This document shows, one piece after another, positions 36,163 to 45,196 of a DNA stretch of 60,502 bases; within the stretch, counting starts at the first letter, position 1, and every line of letters begins with the position of its first letter. Origin of the DNA: a virus (taxonomy: Duplodnaviria; Caudoviricetes). Where the stretch lies: positions 1 through 60,502 of the IMG/VR virus record IMGVR_UViG_3300013137_001181; one strand, 5' to 3'. A program made the position numbers and the translations under genes. The notes below the pieces were generated by a model. That model worked only from the letters and a program-made list of their open reading frames with translations. It was not told where the DNA came from and ran no database searches.

Positions 36163-36884
36163 TTGCAGATATAGGAATTAATCATGGTGGCAATGTGAAG
36201 ACTGCTCTCAATTTGATAGATGCGTGCGCGTGGATAGGAGTAGACGTTGTTAAATTCCAGACGGTGAACGCAGATTTGGTGTATAAGAAAGACAATCCAT
36301 TATATGCAATCTTTAAGAAGAACGAGCTATCGCTTAATGACTGGATACTGCTTCGCAATAGAGCGACAGAGCTTGGACTTGAGTTCATGTCTACTCCTGG
36401 TGACTTTGATAGTGTAGATTTGCTTGATGCGATAGGTGTTCAGCGTTTCAAGATAGCCTCAGATTCAGCTTCTAATGCAACATTTGTCAACCATGTGTTC
36501 GGTCGCGGTAAGCCGGTTATAGTTTCAACGGGTATGAGTACAACAGATGAGATTTTCAAGATAATGACGACTGAGTACAAATCTCAGCCTCAATATCTGC
36601 TTCATTGTGTGTCGAAGTATCCTACACAGACGAAAGATGCCAATTTACGCAGAATTACCACGTTTAAAAAGAAACTCAAGCTGTTAAAGTGGAACACAAA
36701 GGTAGGCTACTCAGACCATGTTCAAGGTCATGAGGCCTCACTCGCCGCAGTTGCGCTTGGCGCAGAGCTTATCGAGAAGCATATCAAGTGGAATGAAGAC
36801 TGTGTTGATGCTGCGGTTTCGCTTTCTCCTATTCAGTTTCATGAGATGATATTAAAAATTAGACAGCTTGAACAAATGCTATGA
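36144..36884 (+). CDS. neuB: nonulosonic acid synthase (NeuB/PseI/SpsE family, no C-terminal AFL domain)
   Basis: ADIGINHGG, VKFQ, STP, FKIAS, STGM, LHCVSKYP, GYSDH, IEKH. Confidence 0.9.
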   Translation: MVHTSIVADIGINHGGNVKTALNLIDACAWIGVDVVKFQTVNADLVYKKDNPLYAIFKKNELSLNDWILLRNRATELGLEFMSTPGDFDSVDLLDAIGVQRFKIASDSASNATFVNHVFGRGKPVIVSTGMSTTDEIFKIMTTEYKSQPQYLLHCVSKYPTQTKDANLRRITTFKKKLKLLKWNTKVGYSDHVQGHEASLAAVALGAELIEKHIKWNEDCVDAAVSLSPIQFHEMILKIRQLEQML

Positions 36885-37591
36885 AAATTGGTCTTGCTGT
36901 GGGATCTGATGATATAAACCTTATTCCTTTTTTGAAGCGATTCTACTTGAACGGAATGTTTGACTATATTGAATTATATCTACTTAAGACAACAACTATC
37001 TATCAGCTTCATTCGTGGCTAAATAGCGGTATTCATATTCCTATATTACAGGCGGCACATAACGGTAAAGCAGAGATTGATTCAGATTCAATCAAGAATG
37101 CAATGGCCGCTGTTCGTTTTTTTCACGCAGGGCGAATAGTGTTTGATCCAGGAACTGATTTAGAAAGTCTCAACGAAACAGTTATGGATGATGTTCTTAT
37201 TCCTGAGAATATGCCATTGAAGACAAGTTTTGGTACAGATGGTGTTTTAAGTCTTCCAGAAGAAATGCCTGAAAATTTCTGTCTTGACTTCTCACATGCG
37301 TGGATAACGGCAGAGATGTTTCGTTTGGATCCTAAAAGATTTATACAAAGATTTTTGAATAAAAAACCAGTTCATTTTCATCTTACTGATACAAGAGATT
37401 ATGAGGACCATCTTCCTCTTGGTGAAGGATATATTGACTTGGAATTTATATTTCAGAAGGTTCCAACCAACTCAACCATAACAATAGAGACAGATCACGA
37501 GCCTCGTGAAACAAGAGAGGAACGTATTATTAGCGATTTATTAATTGCAAAAAAATATGAGAATAGCGGCCATAATACAGGCAAGGGCTAG
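36881..37591 (+). CDS. TIM-barrel (AP endonuclease 2 / xylose isomerase-like) protein
   Basis: IEL, PENMP, LDFSHA, HFHLTD, DHLPLGEG, TIET. Confidence 0.75.
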   Translation: MKIGLAVGSDDINLIPFLKRFYLNGMFDYIELYLLKTTTIYQLHSWLNSGIHIPILQAAHNGKAEIDSDSIKNAMAAVRFFHAGRIVFDPGTDLESLNETVMDDVLIPENMPLKTSFGTDGVLSLPEEMPENFCLDFSHAWITAEMFRLDPKRFIQRFLNKKPVHFHLTDTRDYEDHLPLGEGYIDLEFIFQKVPTNSTITIETDHEPRETREERIISDLLIAKKYENSGHNTGKG

Positions 37592-38141
37592 TTCTGAGCG
37601 CTTTCCGCGTAAAGTATTCGCCAATGTTGGTCGATGGTCTGTTTTAAGAAGAATAATTAACGAGTTAAAAAGATGCGAGAATCTTGATGATATCATTCTC
37701 GCTTATCCAAGTGATGAGTCAAAATATTTCTCCACATTTGATGGTATAGAAAAGTCGCATGGAAGTCGCTATGACGTTATGGGTAGAATGATAAAAACAG
37801 CCGACAGATTTGGCGTAGACGCGATTGTTCGTGTGTGCGCAGACTCACCATTTATACTTGGTTGGCTCATCGATGTCGGCGTGGAGATGTTTAGACTAAA
37901 TGACATTGATTATCTTAATACCATATGTTTTCCGAAAGGTCAGAACATAGAGGTAGTCCGTGTTGACGCTCTAAAGAGAGCATATAAAAAGACAAATAAG
38001 GAGGAGCGTGAGCATGTAACTCTTTACCTAGAAAGAAATTCGGATGAGTTTAAGTGTAAAACGCTAAATGTTGAATTGACGCTTGACGAAGAAGGAGATC
38101 TACCCATGTTACAAAAGGTTGCAAAGTATTATGACAGATAA
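37557..38141 (+). CDS. CMP-nonulosonate synthetase / SpsF-type cytidylyltransferase
   Basis: AIIQARASSERFPRKV, GS..DV..R, IVRVCADSP, REHVT, LTLDEEGD. Confidence 0.88.
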   Translation: MRIAAIIQARASSERFPRKVFANVGRWSVLRRIINELKRCENLDDIILAYPSDESKYFSTFDGIEKSHGSRYDVMGRMIKTADRFGVDAIVRVCADSPFILGWLIDVGVEMFRLNDIDYLNTICFPKGQNIEVVRVDALKRAYKKTNKEEREHVTLYLERNSDEFKCKTLNVELTLDEEGDLPMLQKVAKYYDR

Positions 38142-38709
38142 TTGGTTTGAATTTTGGAAGAATTCTCCACTAAGCGATACGAATGGTATGAACTTACGAC
38201 CTGATACTTATGATGTTAAGAAGGCTGTAAGACATATAAATTCGTTTCTTAATATAAAAGAACATCATTCTATTCTTGATGTCGGTTGTGGTAACGGTTT
38301 AACCTTAAAGGTGCTATCTGAATTCACCAAAAATCTATATGGCTGCGATGTTTCTAAGAACATGGTAAGTCTTGTGAATAAAAAATATCATGTTCCTGCT
38401 TTTGTGTCTACTGCGGACAAATTACCTTTTGCCGATGAGTCGTTTGATAGAGTTATTTGTATGGCTGTGATGCAGTATTATTCTGATATTGAGTCAGCGA
38501 GAAAAGCCGTAAAAGATATGTATCGGGTATGTAGGCCTGGAGGAATTATGCTCATTGGAGATATTCCAGACGCCCGCGTACTTGTGAGCAAGTCTGGCAT
38601 ATTTGCGTTTACTCCTGCCGAGCTTGGAAATGGTTTTGGACAGTCGCTTGCTGTTAAATCGTTCTACGAGTCTGAGAGGCGTTTTGATTTAATAATAAAA
38701 AAATTATGA
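38131..38709 (+). CDS. class I SAM-dependent methyltransferase
   Basis: ILDVGCGNG, LPFADESFD, RPGG. Confidence 0.88.
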   Translation: MTDNWFEFWKNSPLSDTNGMNLRPDTYDVKKAVRHINSFLNIKEHHSILDVGCGNGLTLKVLSEFTKNLYGCDVSKNMVSLVNKKYHVPAFVSTADKLPFADESFDRVICMAVMQYYSDIESARKAVKDMYRVCRPGGIMLIGDIPDARVLVSKSGIFAFTPAELGNGFGQSLAVKSFYESERRFDLIIKKL

Positions 38710-39344
38710 GAGTGTCAATTCATCAGCCAGCTTATCTTCCGTGGTTGGGTTACATAGATAAGGTGCTAAATACCGATATGTTCGTGTTTCTTGATACTGT
38801 TTCTTTTTCCAAGAATAGTTTTGAGAATAGGAACAGGATTCTTCTTGATAATAGGGAGTTTTGGTTAACCATTCCAATTAAGCATAAAATGGGTCAGACA
38901 CACCTTGAGGCGGTGCCAGCTAACGAAGAATGGCGTTACAATCATCCAAAGACGATATATCAAGCATATCATAAGAGTAAATTGTGGAAGGAATATGGGG
39001 GTATTTTAGACGTTGATGAATATGGAGAAGGAAAGAGCTTGGCAGATATATGTTGGTCTATGCTTTTTCATTTGGCAAAACCATTTGCTGACAAGAGAAA
39101 AATGAGATTTGACGCAATACGTTCATCATACTTTGAAAAGACGAAACTAAAAGGAAGTGAGCTTGTTCTTGATATTTGTAAAAAATTACATGCAACTGAG
39201 TATTATTCGGGTATTATGGGTAGGGATTATCTTGATGAAGATGCGTTTGAAGAGGCTGGAATAAAGATTGTGTATCAAGACTATAAGCCTATTCATAATT
39301 ATTCTTGTATACATCAGCTTTTTACTATTGGTGCAGAATTATGA
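38706..39344 (+). CDS. WbqC-like protein
   Basis: IHQPAYLPWLGY, FLDTV.F, NRNRI, WLTIP, YYSG..G..YL. Confidence 0.9.
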   Translation: MRVSIHQPAYLPWLGYIDKVLNTDMFVFLDTVSFSKNSFENRNRILLDNREFWLTIPIKHKMGQTHLEAVPANEEWRYNHPKTIYQAYHKSKLWKEYGGILDVDEYGEGKSLADICWSMLFHLAKPFADKRKMRFDAIRSSYFEKTKLKGSELVLDICKKLHATEYYSGIMGRDYLDEDAFEEAGIKIVYQDYKPIHNYSCIHQLFTIGAEL

Positions 39345-39886
39345 AAAATCTTGTTATAGCAGCACATCCGGATGATGAGGTGTTGGGTTGTGGGGGCTCG
39401 ATTCATAAGTTTTCAAGTAAGGAGTCGAGCGTTGTCTATATTGTTAGTAAAGGTAGAAGTGATAAGTTAGATCAGCGATTTGATACTCTTTCGCTTCGTA
39501 CGTTTATCGAGGCCATAGAGTCTCGAATCAAAAGAGATAAGCCAGATAGAATTTTTACACATCACCTTGATGATATGAATAAGGATCATAGAATAATTGC
39601 CGAGGCTACGCTTGTCGCTACTCGCGGATTAAACATAGAGGTTCTTGGTTATGAGATTTTTTCTGCAAGCGGAAGTTTCGATTTCAAACCTGATACATAC
39701 ATAGAGTTAACACGGGAAGACGTTATGCATAAGATAAGCGAGATGAACAGGCTCTATGCTCATGAAATGAGAGAGTATCCGCACGCTCGCTCAGAAGAAG
39801 GAATAATAATTCTTGCCAAATATAGAGGAATGCAGTATAGTCTTAAGTATGCAGAAGCATTTAAAACATTACGAAGAGTCCTATGA
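39341..39886 (+). CDS. PIG-L/LmbE family deacetylase
   Basis: AAHPDDEVLGCGG, THH..D...DH, AEAF. Confidence 0.88.
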   Translation: MKNLVIAAHPDDEVLGCGGSIHKFSSKESSVVYIVSKGRSDKLDQRFDTLSLRTFIEAIESRIKRDKPDRIFTHHLDDMNKDHRIIAEATLVATRGLNIEVLGYEIFSASGSFDFKPDTYIELTREDVMHKISEMNRLYAHEMREYPHARSEEGIIILAKYRGMQYSLKYAEAFKTLRRVL

Positions 39887-40935
39887 TGGTGCCATTCTTT
39901 AAGCCGCCTGTCGGAGAAGAGGAGGCTCAGGCCGTAGCAGAGACCGTGAGGTCGGGTTGGCTTACCTTTGGAAAAAAGGTAGAAGAGTTTGAAGCTGAGT
40001 TCGCCAAATATATCAACGCTCCTTATTGTGTCATGGTTGATAATTGTACTGCCGCCTTATTTTTAGCGTTTGAGTACTCCTTTCAGGACACGCCAAGAGA
40101 TCAGCGTAACAAATACAGCATAGGCGTGCCATCTTTTACCTGTGCGGCGACTGCTCTCGCACCTCTACACGCCGGCTTGAAGATTAAATTTATAGATTTG
40201 GAGGAAGGTGACAGCTTTCTTATGAAAGAGCATCTTGGTTTTTCTGTTCCTGTAGCATACGCCGGTAAGTACAGACAGCATCAACGGACTATTGTTGAGG
40301 ATTTTGCACACAGAATAGAGCGCAAATGCTTCACTGGTTCGATACAAGCCTATTCTTTCTATGTGACTAAGAATCTGACAACTGGAGAAGGTGGCATGAT
40401 AGCCTGTTCAAGCAAGAAGGAGTCTGATTGGTTCAAGAAGGCAAGGCTGTATGGTAATGCGAACGCTGTTTATGAAAGAAGCAAGATGTACTCAACCGGA
40501 GATAGTTTTTGGTGGTTTGAATCTGAATTTCAAGGCTGGAAAGCAAATCCGACAGACATAGCAGCCTCAATCGGTCTCGTTCAGTTAAAGAAGCTTGATG
40601 CGCTTAATGCAGACAGAAAGAGAATCGCTGAGCGATATAATGAAGCATTTGATTTATCAACCGATAGAGCTCCTTGGCATTTGTATCCGATACTTGTCAA
40701 CAACAGAGATAAGTTCATGTTTTACATGAAAGATAATGGCGTCGCGTGCAGCGTACATTTTCCACCACTTCATATGATGAAGGCCTTCTCAGAGTTCAAG
40801 ACGAGTCTACCGAATACAGAATATGTATACGAGCGCATAGTGAGTCTTCCACTCTATCCATATATGACAGAAGAAGAGCAGGAATATGTTATCAGGTTGA
40901 CGCTTGATTGGTTTAAAAATAATGGAAGAGTTTAA
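39883..40935 (+). CDS. DegT/DnrJ/EryC1/StrS sugar aminotransferase
   Basis: SGWLT.G.V..FE, EDFAH, SFYVTKNLTTGEGG. Confidence 0.92.
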   Translation: MMVPFFKPPVGEEEAQAVAETVRSGWLTFGKKVEEFEAEFAKYINAPYCVMVDNCTAALFLAFEYSFQDTPRDQRNKYSIGVPSFTCAATALAPLHAGLKIKFIDLEEGDSFLMKEHLGFSVPVAYAGKYRQHQRTIVEDFAHRIERKCFTGSIQAYSFYVTKNLTTGEGGMIACSSKKESDWFKKARLYGNANAVYERSKMYSTGDSFWWFESEFQGWKANPTDIAASIGLVQLKKLDALNADRKRIAERYNEAFDLSTDRAPWHLYPILVNNRDKFMFYMKDNGVACSVHFPPLHMMKAFSEFKTSLPNTEYVYERIVSLPLYPYMTEEEQEYVIRLTLDWFKNNGRV

Positions 40936-41902
40936 GAGCGTTTTGTTTGTAGTAAATCTTTATTGGGAGCTTCATTGGCTTTACAATGTGATAAAGGCAG
41001 TTGATGGCGTTGCCTTTGTTGAGAACTCAGATGTAAAGAAAATGTGTGATTATTTTGGCGTACGCACAACAAATGATTCTAGCTCATATAAGACAGCCAT
41101 AGTGACAAACAGTCATCTTGGAGCAAAAAGAACTGCAGAGCTGTTCTTCTCTCAAGGAAAAAAGGTCATAGAGCTTCAACACGCGTGGGATCCTGCTCTT
41201 CGTTTGAAAGATGTCTTTTGGAATTATTCTACCAACAGATTTTCCTATCTGTTGGTTGGCTCTACGCAGGACTATGATTGGCTTTCATCGAAATATGGCA
41301 AGGACAGAGTGTTTTTGACAGGAATACCGAAACTTGATGATCTTTATACTGTTAAGAATAGCAAAGAGTCGTTAAGACCGATTCATGATGAGTTTAAGCT
41401 TGGAAGGTTTTATCTGTCTATGGCGCCCACTGATGCGATAAGTCTAAGTATTTATATGGATTATGAAGACAATCTTGAGCCCATGTCTCCTATTCCTGTA
41501 GTGTTTAAGGTTCATCCTGGTACTGATTTTGAGAAGACCAAGCAGGCAGACATACAACATGGCAATGTAAATAGAGTGCTTATTGAGGATAATATGTATG
41601 ATCTGTTCAAAACGTACGAGATTATGAAGGAGTCCTCTGGCGTGGTATGTCTTGAGTCATTCATGTCTGTCGAGGCGTCTTTGCTTGGCAAACCAGTTAT
41701 ATTTCATGGATATGGAAGTATTCCGAATGATTTCTATGGTAGAGATGAGAATGTCAATCAGAAGATGAGGGCACCATATGAGATGTCCTCTACACTAAAT
41801 GATCCAAGATTTACTGATAAGCAAAAGGAAATTGCCAGTTATTATTTGTTCGATGGCAAGAACACAGAGAGAACTGTTAATAAATTAAAGGAGCTTATAT
41901 GA
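40922..41902 (+). CDS. GT-B fold transferase, candidate CMP-nonulosonate transferase
   Basis: ELQHA, TGIPKLD, FKVHP, S...VEASLLGKPVI, motifs of TagF/KpsS/sialyltransferase-like GT-B proteins. Confidence 0.6.
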   Translation: MEEFKSVLFVVNLYWELHWLYNVIKAVDGVAFVENSDVKKMCDYFGVRTTNDSSSYKTAIVTNSHLGAKRTAELFFSQGKKVIELQHAWDPALRLKDVFWNYSTNRFSYLLVGSTQDYDWLSSKYGKDRVFLTGIPKLDDLYTVKNSKESLRPIHDEFKLGRFYLSMAPTDAISLSIYMDYEDNLEPMSPIPVVFKVHPGTDFEKTKQADIQHGNVNRVLIEDNMYDLFKTYEIMKESSGVVCLESFMSVEASLLGKPVIFHGYGSIPNDFYGRDENVNQKMRAPYEMSSTLNDPRFTDKQKEIASYYLFDGKNTERTVNKLKELI

Positions 41903-42336
41903 TATTGCTTGAAAAACTTACCGAATCTACTTGTCAATTAATGAGAAAGTGGAGAAATCATAATAGAGTTTTTTTTGTTGATAGGCGTATTATTACGCAT
42001 AATGAGCAAGAGAAATGGTTCAAGAAGTATTTGTCTAATGAGAGACTTTGGCTTTTTATAGTATATTTACGAGAAATTCCTATTGGTTCAATTGGTTTTT
42101 CGATTGTAGACAAAGATACGGCCCAAGTTGAACTTCTTATGCTTGGAGATAAAGAGCGCGCAGAAAAAGGATATATGACTGAGGCACTTCAGAAGATGTT
42201 GACAATGTTTTCGTTTAAAAAATGGCAACTTTATGTGTTGAAAGAAAATAAAATTGCTAAGAAGTTTTATGAGAAAAATGGATTTGCTGTGGACAAAGAA
42301 GAAGATGGGTGTTATATTATGATTAAGTGTATTTGA
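41899..42336 (+). CDS. GNAT N-acetyltransferase (PseH-like)
   Basis: WRN...IT..EQ..WF, KGY, VLKENKIAKKFYEKNGF. Confidence 0.88.
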   Translation: MILLEKLTESTCQLMRKWRNHNRVFFVDRRIITHNEQEKWFKKYLSNERLWLFIVYLREIPIGSIGFSIVDKDTAQVELLMLGDKERAEKGYMTEALQKMLTMFSFKKWQLYVLKENKIAKKFYEKNGFAVDKEEDGCYIMIKCI

Positions 42337-42358
42337 ATTACTAATTTGATATGAATAT

Positions 42359-43195
42359 ATGAATAAAATGCTTATTGTTGTTCCTGTTTACGCTTCTTAC
42401 GATCTTCACATAGAGTTTACTCAAAAGACGCTTGACTCAATAGCTAATGCTTCTCATATAAATCATGAATACGATGTAATGATAGTGAGTAGCTTTTGTA
42501 AGCCAATGTATAAAGAAACATTAAAAAGCATGGCTAAAAACTGTGTTTTTAATGAGAAAAATGGTGTTTCTATAGCATGGAATACTGGTATCAGATATGG
42601 TGTTGAGAACAAATATGACTATATTATGATTATCAATAATGATTTGGTGTTTCATCCTCTTGCATTGGATAACATAGTTAAGTTTGCGCAAGAACATAAG
42701 GAGTTTGATTATTGGTCTTGTGGAGAGTGGAAAGGAGACAATAATGTCGAAGAGCGTACTGCAATAAACAATTATCTAAAAGATGTTCCTGTCGGAGAAG
42801 GATTTGATGAACATCCTCACTTCTCTAGCTTCATGATTACGCCTTCTCTTGTGGAAAAACTAAAAGAAAAGGAGAAATTAACAAAAGAACCATATCCAGG
42901 ATTATTCGATGAGACTTTTGCTCCTGCATATTTTGAGGATAATGACTTTCATCAGCGTCTGCTTGTTAATGGATTTAGAGCGTCAAAAACTGCTACCGCA
43001 CTATTTTATCATTATGGTTCTCGTTCTATAGGAGTAGATAACGATCTGTTTATTTCAAATAGAAAAACATATGAGATTAATCGAACATACTTTATGAGGA
43101 AGTGGGGATATGATCCTCATAGTAAAGTTATAGAGAATGACGATTCTATTCGTTATAAATTTATTAAACCTTTTGAAAATGAAAGAACAAAATAA
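42359..43195 (+). CDS. glycosyltransferase family 2
   Basis: AWNTG, INNDL, FDE.F.PAYFEDND, HYGS. Confidence 0.88.
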   Translation: MNKMLIVVPVYASYDLHIEFTQKTLDSIANASHINHEYDVMIVSSFCKPMYKETLKSMAKNCVFNEKNGVSIAWNTGIRYGVENKYDYIMIINNDLVFHPLALDNIVKFAQEHKEFDYWSCGEWKGDNNVEERTAINNYLKDVPVGEGFDEHPHFSSFMITPSLVEKLKEKEKLTKEPYPGLFDETFAPAYFEDNDFHQRLLVNGFRASKTATALFYHYGSRSIGVDNDLFISNRKTYEINRTYFMRKWGYDPHSKVIENDDSIRYKFIKPFENERTK

Positions 43196-44615
43196 GAAAA
43201 TAAAGGTGTTGGTTTGGGGCGACAGTCCTGCCTCTGCCACTGGTTTTGCTACTGTTATTCGTGGTGTATTTAATGAGCTTGCCAAGACAGGCAAATACGA
43301 TATTGATATTATTGGAATAAATGACACCGGTGGCTGGAAGGATCCAGAGAAGTTTCCTTATCGTATTTATCCTGCTCGTTCAAGCATTGAGGAAGGTGTG
43401 GATTATCACGGAAGACACAGGCTTATTAATGCAATGACAGGAAGAGAGCCTGAAATAAAGGCGCCCTGGGATCTTCTGTTTGTGCTTAATGATACATTTA
43501 TTCTTGAATTTCCAGTCGTTGGAGATCAAGGAATAAGTCAAATCATAGCAGACTTACAGAAACAGAGTATTGAAAAGCTACCGGTTGAATATTTCTTTAA
43601 GACAATTGTATATTGTCCAATAGACTCACCTGTTAAAGGTAATTGGATAGCTAATGGCGTTGCGCCATTTAACTATGTTGTCGCATATACCAAATATGGA
43701 AAACGACAAATAGAAAAAGCGAATAGTCTGCTTATTGATTCATCAGATGTGGGCGATAGAACGAAGGTTATCTATCATGGCGTGAATCTTGATACTTACA
43801 AGACCATAGAGGATAAAGAAATAATTAAAGATTTTAGAAGTAAATTCTTCAGAGGTTTGGTACAGGACCACACCCTTCTTGTCACCTCTGTTGCAAGAAA
43901 TCAGATGCGAAAGGATATTCCGAGAACATTGCAGATATTTAAAGAGTTTCAGAAGAGAAGACCAGACTCGTTTCTTTATCTTCATTGTCAGGAAACAGAT
44001 GCGTGGGGCTCTCTTCGAGAGTATGCAAAACTGTTTAATCTAGAGTTCGGTAAGGATTGGGGTGTTCCAAAGAGCTTTCATGCAAACTTTGGCTATAGTG
44101 CAGACACCTTGAACAAGATTTATAATGCTTCTGATTGTATTTTAAGTACCACGCATGGAGAGGGTTGGGGTTTCTACAACACAGAAGGATTTGCCACAAA
44201 GACTATTGTTGTTGCTCCAAATAACACGGTTCATCCAGAGCTTTTTAATTACGATGCTGATGAGGACATAAGCGACATGAATTCATTGAAAGAGCTTCGT
44301 GGCGTGCCTGTGAAGTGTGGTAGCACTCTTTCTGAATGGGTTACTTATGGACCAGCCGACCTTGAAAGATCAAGGCCGCTTGTTAACGTTGAGGACGCAG
44401 TAAAGAAGCTTGTTTGGGTTTATGACAATCCAGAGAAAGTCGCGGAGATTGAAGAGCGCGCCTATAAGTGGGTTCAGCAGTTTACATGGCAAGACATCTC
44501 ACGACAATGGGACGAGCTGTTCATGCAGGCATATGCAGATCTTGAGAAGCAAAGACAAGAGGCTTTGATAAAGATTGCTAACGAGCAAAAAGGAATGCCT
44601 AAGTCAAAAAAATAA
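43179..44615 (+). CDS. glycosyltransferase family 4 (GT-B)
   Basis: TGFA, IYHGV, RNQ.RK, YNASD...T.GEGWG...E. Confidence 0.88.
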   Translation: MKEQNKKIKVLVWGDSPASATGFATVIRGVFNELAKTGKYDIDIIGINDTGGWKDPEKFPYRIYPARSSIEEGVDYHGRHRLINAMTGREPEIKAPWDLLFVLNDTFILEFPVVGDQGISQIIADLQKQSIEKLPVEYFFKTIVYCPIDSPVKGNWIANGVAPFNYVVAYTKYGKRQIEKANSLLIDSSDVGDRTKVIYHGVNLDTYKTIEDKEIIKDFRSKFFRGLVQDHTLLVTSVARNQMRKDIPRTLQIFKEFQKRRPDSFLYLHCQETDAWGSLREYAKLFNLEFGKDWGVPKSFHANFGYSADTLNKIYNASDCILSTTHGEGWGFYNTEGFATKTIVVAPNNTVHPELFNYDADEDISDMNSLKELRGVPVKCGSTLSEWVTYGPADLERSRPLVNVEDAVKKLVWVYDNPEKVAEIEERAYKWVQQFTWQDISRQWDELFMQAYADLEKQRQEALIKIANEQKGMPKSKK

Positions 44616-44635
44616 ATTAGTACTATAATAATGAT

Positions 44636-45196
44636 ATGGCTACAAGAAAGTATGATTGGGTTAAGCTAAAACAGGAGTGGATGCTAGGAGACGACCTCTC
44701 TGTTAATGCTTTTATTAAGAGAAAGAATATCACTGCACCAAAAGATTATCTTGTTGGTTGGGCTGGTGAGAAAGAGGAATATAAGAAAAAGATGATGGAG
44801 AGGTCTCTTGCTGAGGTTGCGAAGCAGGAAGTGGAGGATATTACCAAAGTAAGAGAAAGACAGGCAAGATTAGCTAAGTTTCTTCAACTCAAAGGCGCAG
44901 AGAAGCTTAAGAATATGGATATTGAAACAGTTGAAGATGCAAGAAAGCTTGTTGTGTCAGGTCTTCAGGAAGAACGAAGAGCGCTTGGAATGGAAGGAGC
45001 TGGCGCTACACCTCATAACACGTTCAATCAGATAAATATTGGTCCAAAATTAAATATTGATAAATTACTTGATACTTTAGACTATGAAGGAATTCTCAAC
45101 CTTATTGCCGACCTTAAAAGAGAGCGAGCTAGAAGGTCTATACAGCCATCTACTGCTCAAGGCGCAGGAGAAATTCAAGAAGGAGAGGTTGTCTGA
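44636..45196 (+). CDS. putative terminase small subunit
   Basis: KYDW..LK.E N-terminus, helical, directly upstream of TerL. Confidence 0.65.
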   Translation: MATRKYDWVKLKQEWMLGDDLSVNAFIKRKNITAPKDYLVGWAGEKEEYKKKMMERSLAEVAKQEVEDITKVRERQARLAKFLQLKGAEKLKNMDIETVEDARKLVVSGLQEERRALGMEGAGATPHNTFNQINIGPKLNIDKLLDTLDYEGILNLIADLKRERARRSIQPSTAQGAGEIQEGEVV

